A DNA stretch of 64,000 nt from an uncultured Gammaproteobacteria bacterium. Lineage in GTDB: Bacteria; Pseudomonadota; Gammaproteobacteria; SZUA-229. The notes beneath the pieces were generated by a model that did not search any database, was not told the origin of the DNA, and was given only the letters and a program-made list of their open reading frames with translations. The DNA lies in the NCBI GenBank assembly GCA_937998645.1, contig CALLCZ010000052.1, positions 2,724-66,723 on the forward strand, read 5' to 3'. This document shows positions 59,611 through 64,000 of the stretch, in pieces; positions within the stretch are counted from its first letter, which is position 1; the number at the start of each line of letters is the position of its first letter. The translations under genes were made by a program, and so were the position numbers.

Positions 59611-60308
59611 CTAGAACCATCGCAGCCCTGATTCGCCATGGCGAATACCAGCAGCAGGCGGATACACCGAGTGCGCACCAGCCTTATGCACTTACCGCGC
59701 AGGCTAAAGCCGACGTGCACGACGAAGTTGACAGCTTTTCCGCTTTGCTCGATAAGCATGCATTGGAAATAGCGCACCGGGTCGATAGTTCGAACATGCT
59801 GCGGGCCTGGCAGACGGCGATGATCTATGTCGAAAAACTGTATCAGCATGAAATGCCAAGCAAACTGATTGACAGTTATGATGCGCTTGCAGAGCGCGGA
59901 CTCGGTGCTGTTGCCAACATGACCATCCAGCAGATAGAAAAAGTCATTGTTGAGGATCCACGTTATCAAGAACCGCCGCAGAACTGGAAATCAGACAGCC
60001 ATTACTGCCTGCCGTTTCAGGGTGCAGAGTCGCTGATGCAGGCAGGTGAGAGAGTGGCTGCACATCTGCAACAGCAAATGCATAAGCTGCGTGCTGAAGC
60101 CAGTGTGGATACGGTAAAACTGTTTATTGGACATGGCGCAGCGTTTCGTCACGCGGCTTTTCACCTGGGCATTCTTGAATTCGAACAACTGGCACAATTC
60201 AGTATGTTCCACGCGCGACCTGTACTGATCGAATATCTCGATGATGGCAGCTGGCGTCATATCGGTGGTGACTGGAAAATTCGTAACGCAGTAAACGGGC
60301 TGGATTGA
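59604..60308 (+). CDS. Histidine phosphatase (phosphoglycerate-mutase-like) family protein
   Basis: 234 aa. N-terminal RHGE (AALIRHGEY) and second His motif (LFIGHGAAFRHA). Starts ATGCGGGCT inside the second copy of the repeated leader element. Confidence 0.7.
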   Translation: MRARTIAALIRHGEYQQQADTPSAHQPYALTAQAKADVHDEVDSFSALLDKHALEIAHRVDSSNMLRAWQTAMIYVEKLYQHEMPSKLIDSYDALAERGLGAVANMTIQQIEKVIVEDPRYQEPPQNWKSDSHYCLPFQGAESLMQAGERVAAHLQQQMHKLRAEASVDTVKLFIGHGAAFRHAAFHLGILEFEQLAQFSMFHARPVLIEYLDDGSWRHIGGDWKIRNAVNGLD

Positions 60309-61645
60309 TCGTGAGTCATCTTCACAAGCTGGTGCCGGACTACCAGGGTATTGAACACACAGGTATTCAACTGCCTGTTGAAACCCAGAAGTGGCTTCAT
60401 GGAAGGAAACGCTCGCTGCAGTCGAGAAGGCTGAACCATCAGCAAACTGCGCAACAGCTATCGGACCTGCTTGCAGAGCATGAATGGACCTGGCCGAGCA
60501 GAACAGTCTATTTTTTAAGTGATCTGCATGCCGATGTCGATGCGCTGACGGCTTCTTTGATTGCATCCGGCGGAGTTAAGGCAAGCGGGAAAAAACACCG
60601 TCATCTAAAGCTCACCAAGCAGGGAAAACAGGCGCAGTTTTTAATTGGCGGCGACTGCTTCGACAAGGGTCCGAGCAATCTTGCGTTGTTGAGAACACTG
60701 AACAGGCTGCATGATCGTGGTGCACGCATGCGTATACTCGCGGGCAATCATGATATCCGGGTCATGCTGGGCATGCGCAACGTCAACCGTAAAAATGATC
60801 CAGGATGCGAGCACTTCTTTATTCGCATGGGCGCAAAAGCGGTGCCCTTCCTCAAGGAAATAAATGACAACTATCTTGCAGGTGCGCACAGCCTGAAGGA
60901 TGTGCCTGGAAAACGAAAATGTGAACAGCGTCTTTATCCGCCCGAGCAATGGTTTGACGAGTTTCCTTTACAGGTGGCAGATTTATTACCGCAGAAGATC
61001 ATCGATAAGGAACTGCGGCGTGTTGTAGAGAAAAGAGAAGACTTCGAGGCGCAATGCGAGAACGTGGGACTTTCTACCCGAAGGGCCTATGCTGCTGCAT
61101 TACAATGGCAGCGATTGTTTCTGCGCGATAAAGGCGAGTTCAGCTGGTTTTTCAGGCGCATGCGTCTTGCCATGAGCAATGGATCATTTCTGTTCGTGCA
61201 TGCAGGGCTGGATAACAACATCGCGCACCTGATCAATCAGAAAGGTATTAAACGGGTCAACCGGGAATTCAACAAACAACTGCAGGGTAATCCCATGCGG
61301 TTTTATTATGGTCCGCTGGCCAACGCGATACGCACTAAATATCGCCCGGGTGACCGGCAGCTGACAAAAAAAGGCGCGCAGCAGGTCCATGAAAACGATA
61401 TACATGTCATTATTCATGGGCACAAGGCGATGCGTAACGGGCAGCGTATCTCGGTTCGAAAGACCATCGTCAACTTTGAATGCGATGTCACACTGGATCG
61501 GCATTCGCGGCGCAGAGACGGTCTCGAGGGATCCGGCGCCGGTGTTACTATCATCAGGCCGGATAAAAAAATCATCGGTATCAGTACCGATCACCCTTAT
61601 GTGAAAGTATTCGATCCGGGTGATTTGCTACAAAACGGAGCTTAA
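60305..61645 (+). CDS. PPP-family metallophosphoesterase (Ser/Thr-phosphatase / ApaH-like)
   Basis: 446 aa. Motifs YFLSDLHAD (GDxHG variant), LIGGDCFDKGP (GDxxDRG), ILAGNHD (GNHE), IIHGH. Confidence 0.7.
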   Translation: MIVSHLHKLVPDYQGIEHTGIQLPVETQKWLHGRKRSLQSRRLNHQQTAQQLSDLLAEHEWTWPSRTVYFLSDLHADVDALTASLIASGGVKASGKKHRHLKLTKQGKQAQFLIGGDCFDKGPSNLALLRTLNRLHDRGARMRILAGNHDIRVMLGMRNVNRKNDPGCEHFFIRMGAKAVPFLKEINDNYLAGAHSLKDVPGKRKCEQRLYPPEQWFDEFPLQVADLLPQKIIDKELRRVVEKREDFEAQCENVGLSTRRAYAAALQWQRLFLRDKGEFSWFFRRMRLAMSNGSFLFVHAGLDNNIAHLINQKGIKRVNREFNKQLQGNPMRFYYGPLANAIRTKYRPGDRQLTKKGAQQVHENDIHVIIHGHKAMRNGQRISVRKTIVNFECDVTLDRHSRRRDGLEGSGAGVTIIRPDKKIIGISTDHPYVKVFDPGDLLQNGA

Positions 61646-61646
61646 T

Positions 61647-61919
61647 ATGAAAAATGGCGACAACTCATTCTGTCACGAATCACTGCAGGACAGGGAAACG
61701 ATCGCGGATATCCTGTCATCCCTGCAGCAGGGTCTGAGTAATGGCACATTGAAGTTCAGCGATGAAGACAACGAAATCACACTGAAGCCGTCAGGCCTGT
61801 TGAACCTTACCGTAAAGGCTTCAAGCGATAGCGACCACAACGTGCTTGACGTGCGTGTTTCCTGGACAAGTAAAAAGTCCAAAAAATTGAAAAAGGAACT
61901 CAGGATATCGGTGGACTGA
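61647..61919 (+). CDS. Small amphi-Trp-domain-like protein (tentative)
   Basis: About 90 aa. SD GGAG 7 nt upstream; start immediately follows the phosphatase stop. Sequence MKNGDNSFCHESLQDRETIADILSSLQQGLSNGTLKFSDEDNEITLKPSGLLNLTVKASSDSDHNVLDVRVSWTSKKSKKLKK resembles the amphi-Trp domain family as I remember it. Confidence 0.5.
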   Translation: MKNGDNSFCHESLQDRETIADILSSLQQGLSNGTLKFSDEDNEITLKPSGLLNLTVKASSDSDHNVLDVRVSWTSKKSKKLKKELRISVD

Positions 61920-62057
61920 ATATCGCGTTTCTCCCCTGGTGCAAAACTCAGCAGGCGTATGTGGCAAGACCGATGCTGTATCAGCAAAAACATTCATCGT
62001 GTTGTATGGTTGCTGATGTGATATTAACTATTCCGAATAAACAGGGACAATAAAGCC

Positions 62058-62540
62058 ATGTATTCCATCCGCGTCAATGTCGGCGAACAGAAGCTCTATC
62101 TGTTGAACGAGCAGGGTGTTGCTGAACGTGAATATCCTGTATCCACTTCAAAGTATGGCGTTGGCAATGAAAACGGCAGTGAGAAAACGCCACTCGGCCT
62201 GCACCGTATCAAAGACAAGATTGGCGGCTCGATGCCGATCAACATGGTCATGGTTGGCCGTGAACCCAAAGGTCTGCTGCAGGATTGCATTAACGAGGGT
62301 ATGGAACTGCCAGATGATGTGATTACCAGCAGGATCCTGTGGCTGGAAGGCATGGAGCCGGGAAGAAACCAGGGCGGCTATGTAGACACGTACAACCGTT
62401 ACATATACATTCATGGCACAAGTGAAGAAAACAAAATCGGTACACCGGCCTCGATTGGCTGTATACGAATGATGAATGAAGATGTTGTTGAACTGTATCG
62501 TCTGGTAGACACAGGAACAGAAGTATTAATAGAAGAATGA
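62058..62540 (+). CDS. L,D-transpeptidase (YkuD-domain) protein without recognisable signal peptide
   Basis: 160 aa. Catalytic motif HGTSEENKIGTPASIGCIRMMNEDV (H...C). N-terminus MYSIRVNVGEQKLYLLNEQG is not signal-like. Confidence 0.75.
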   Translation: MYSIRVNVGEQKLYLLNEQGVAEREYPVSTSKYGVGNENGSEKTPLGLHRIKDKIGGSMPINMVMVGREPKGLLQDCINEGMELPDDVITSRILWLEGMEPGRNQGGYVDTYNRYIYIHGTSEENKIGTPASIGCIRMMNEDVVELYRLVDTGTEVLIEE

Positions 62541-62541
62541 A

Positions 62542-63732
62542 ATGACTGATTCAAAAAAAATAAATCCGCAGGAATACGGTTTCGCTACCCGTGCAGTTCG
62601 CGCCGGCCAGGAACGCACCAGCGAGGGTGAAAACAGCGAACCGATATTCCCTACATCCAGTTATGTATTCGCTTCGGCAGCGGAAGCAGCAGCGCGGTTC
62701 TCGGGTGAGCAGCCGGGCAATATATATTCCCGCTTCACCAATCCGACGGTGCGTACCTTTGAAGAACGGCTGGCCGCAATGGAAGGCGCCGAGTGTTGCG
62801 TTGCCACGGCCTCCGGCATGTCGGCTATTACGGCCACCTGTATTGGTCTGCTCAGGACAGGTGATCACATTGTTTCTTCGCGCAGTATATTTGGCACTAC
62901 AACCGTGTTGTTCGAGAACTTCCTGGGCAAGCTCGGTATTGCAACCAGCTTTGTTGAACTATCAGACCTGGCTGCGTGGGAGCAGGCGATCAAGCCCGAA
63001 ACTAAATTACTGTTTCTGGAGACGCCGTCAAACCCGTTGACTGAACTGGTCGATATTGCAGCGCTGGCCGAAATTGCACACAGGCATGGCTGCCTGCTGG
63101 TGGTTGATAACTGCTTCTGTACGCCGGCATTGCAACAGCCCATTGCACTCGGCGCCGATATCATTATTCATTCTGCAACCAAGTATATCGACGGCCAGGG
63201 ACGCTGTATGGGTGGCGCTGTTTGTGGAACACATGATGTTGTCGGTGACGCAGTCTATAGTTTCCTGCGCACCGCAGGACCGACCATGAGTGCATTCAAT
63301 GCATGGGTTTTTATCAAGGGGCTGGAGACGCTGAAACTGCGCATGCAGGCGCACAGCACAAATGCACTGGCCCTGGCGCAATGGCTGGAACAACAGGCGG
63401 CGGTTGAGCGTGTGTATTACCCGGGCCTGGAAAGCCATCCCCAGCATGCACTGGCAAAGCAGCAGCAAAGCGGTTTTGGCGGTATCGTTGCTTTTGAACT
63501 CAAGGGTGGCAAGGATGCGGGCTGGAACCTGATTGATGCCACGCGCATGATCTCGATCACGGCCAACCTGGGTGATACCAAAACCATGATCACGCATCCT
63601 GCGACAACCACGCACGGAAGATTGACACCGGAACAACGCCAGGATGCCGGTATCTCGGATAGCCTGATTCGTGTTGCCGTCGGACTCGAAGACATGGATG
63701 ACATCAAGGCTGACCTTGCGCGTGGTATGTGA
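62542..63732 (+). CDS. metZ: O-succinylhomoserine sulfhydrylase / cystathionine gamma-synthase family PLP enzyme
   Basis: 396 aa. Cys/Met-metabolism PLP-dependent fold, with PLP-Lys context HSATKYIDGQG. Sits next to purF as in the Pseudomonas purF-metZ arrangement. The metZ versus metB assignment is tentative. Confidence 0.8.
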   Translation: MTDSKKINPQEYGFATRAVRAGQERTSEGENSEPIFPTSSYVFASAAEAAARFSGEQPGNIYSRFTNPTVRTFEERLAAMEGAECCVATASGMSAITATCIGLLRTGDHIVSSRSIFGTTTVLFENFLGKLGIATSFVELSDLAAWEQAIKPETKLLFLETPSNPLTELVDIAALAEIAHRHGCLLVVDNCFCTPALQQPIALGADIIIHSATKYIDGQGRCMGGAVCGTHDVVGDAVYSFLRTAGPTMSAFNAWVFIKGLETLKLRMQAHSTNALALAQWLEQQAAVERVYYPGLESHPQHALAKQQQSGFGGIVAFELKGGKDAGWNLIDATRMISITANLGDTKTMITHPATTTHGRLTPEQRQDAGISDSLIRVAVGLEDMDDIKADLARGM

Positions 63733-63773
63733 GTGATTTAGCTTCTGGGGATCCATAAAAAAACTTTTTTTTC

Positions 63774-63908
63774 ACCGCAGAGGCGCAGAGGCGCAGAGTA
63801 TGTTTGTGTATAACCTTATACCCAAAGACCTTGCTTGCATTGTTACTTGTTATCAATGTAATCAGATTTTAAATATTGTATTTTCCTCTGCGCCTCTGCG
63901 GTGAAAAT
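63774..63908. repeat. Intergenic inverted-repeat element, copy 4, downstream of metZ
   Basis: ttttcaccgcagaggcgcagaggcgcagag ... ctctgcgcctctgcggtgaaaa. The 22-bp perfect inverted repeat brackets a ~90-bp AT-rich core. Confidence 0.8.
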
Positions 63909-64000
63909 TATCTATTAAATCCCAGGATTCCGCTTCGCTCCATCCAGGCTACGTCGCCACTATGTTATGACTGTTAATGACTGAACTCACTACAAGAGAA

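Noticed and set aside
6640-63908. Possibility that the recurring intergenic repeats are a CRISPR array
   Set aside because: Copies are scattered over 57 kb in separate intergenic gaps. They are inverted (not direct) repeats with unequal arm sequences. There is no regular repeat-spacer periodicity and no cas genes. This is not CRISPR.

Overview
This looks like a gammaproteobacterial chromosomal segment of about 50% GC. Gene order follows the Pseudomonas-type block LysR-leuCD-leuB-asd-fimV-truA-trpF-(trpBA)-accD-folC-dedD-cvpA-purF-[insertion]-metZ. Upstream of that lie xerD(3' end)-dsbC, a stand-alone UvrD/AddA-like helicase-nuclease, parE-parC, htpX, a c-di-GMP gene pair, the complete EF-P beta-lysylation module (epmB, efp, epmA), an RND efflux pair, psd, a PCuAC copper chaperone, prmB-aroC and an MFS transporter. 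No tRNA, rRNA, CRISPR, transposase or integrase genes were seen.

Two regions are not ordinary housekeeping:
1. A co-directional operon-like block at 22.6-30.0 kb. It encodes three secreted low-complexity Gly/Tyr/Pro-rich proteins that resemble sulfur-globule structural proteins by composition. These are followed by a periplasmic protein, a small ParA-like ATPase, a TM+disordered+TPR protein, a membrane-anchored DUF302 protein, a Lys/Ala-repeat plus Met-rich membrane protein and a membrane-anchored dynamin-like GTPase. This is a candidate, apparently undescribed, envelope-compartment biogenesis or positioning system.
2. An ~8.4 kb insertion between purF and metZ at 54.1-62.5 kb. It encodes an ATP-grasp ligase, an HprK-related P-loop kinase and an amphi-Trp-domain protein. 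From memory, TIGRFAMs groups this trio as the uncharacterised 'GAK system'. The island also carries a PhoU::kinase fusion, two Nudix hydrolases (one fused to SixA), a histidine phosphatase, a PPP metallophosphatase and a leaderless L,D-transpeptidase. Two copies of a leader element bracketed by an 18-bp inverted repeat occlude the SD and start codon of two of its genes.

Non-coding structure also stands out. Five copies of a GC-arm inverted-repeat element with AT-rich cores occur in five intergenic gaps. An inverted duplicate of a ~245-bp structured element, whose hairpins covary between copies, lies between fimV and truA. Several other hairpins and palindromes are present. All homology calls are from reading motifs by eye; no database search was run.
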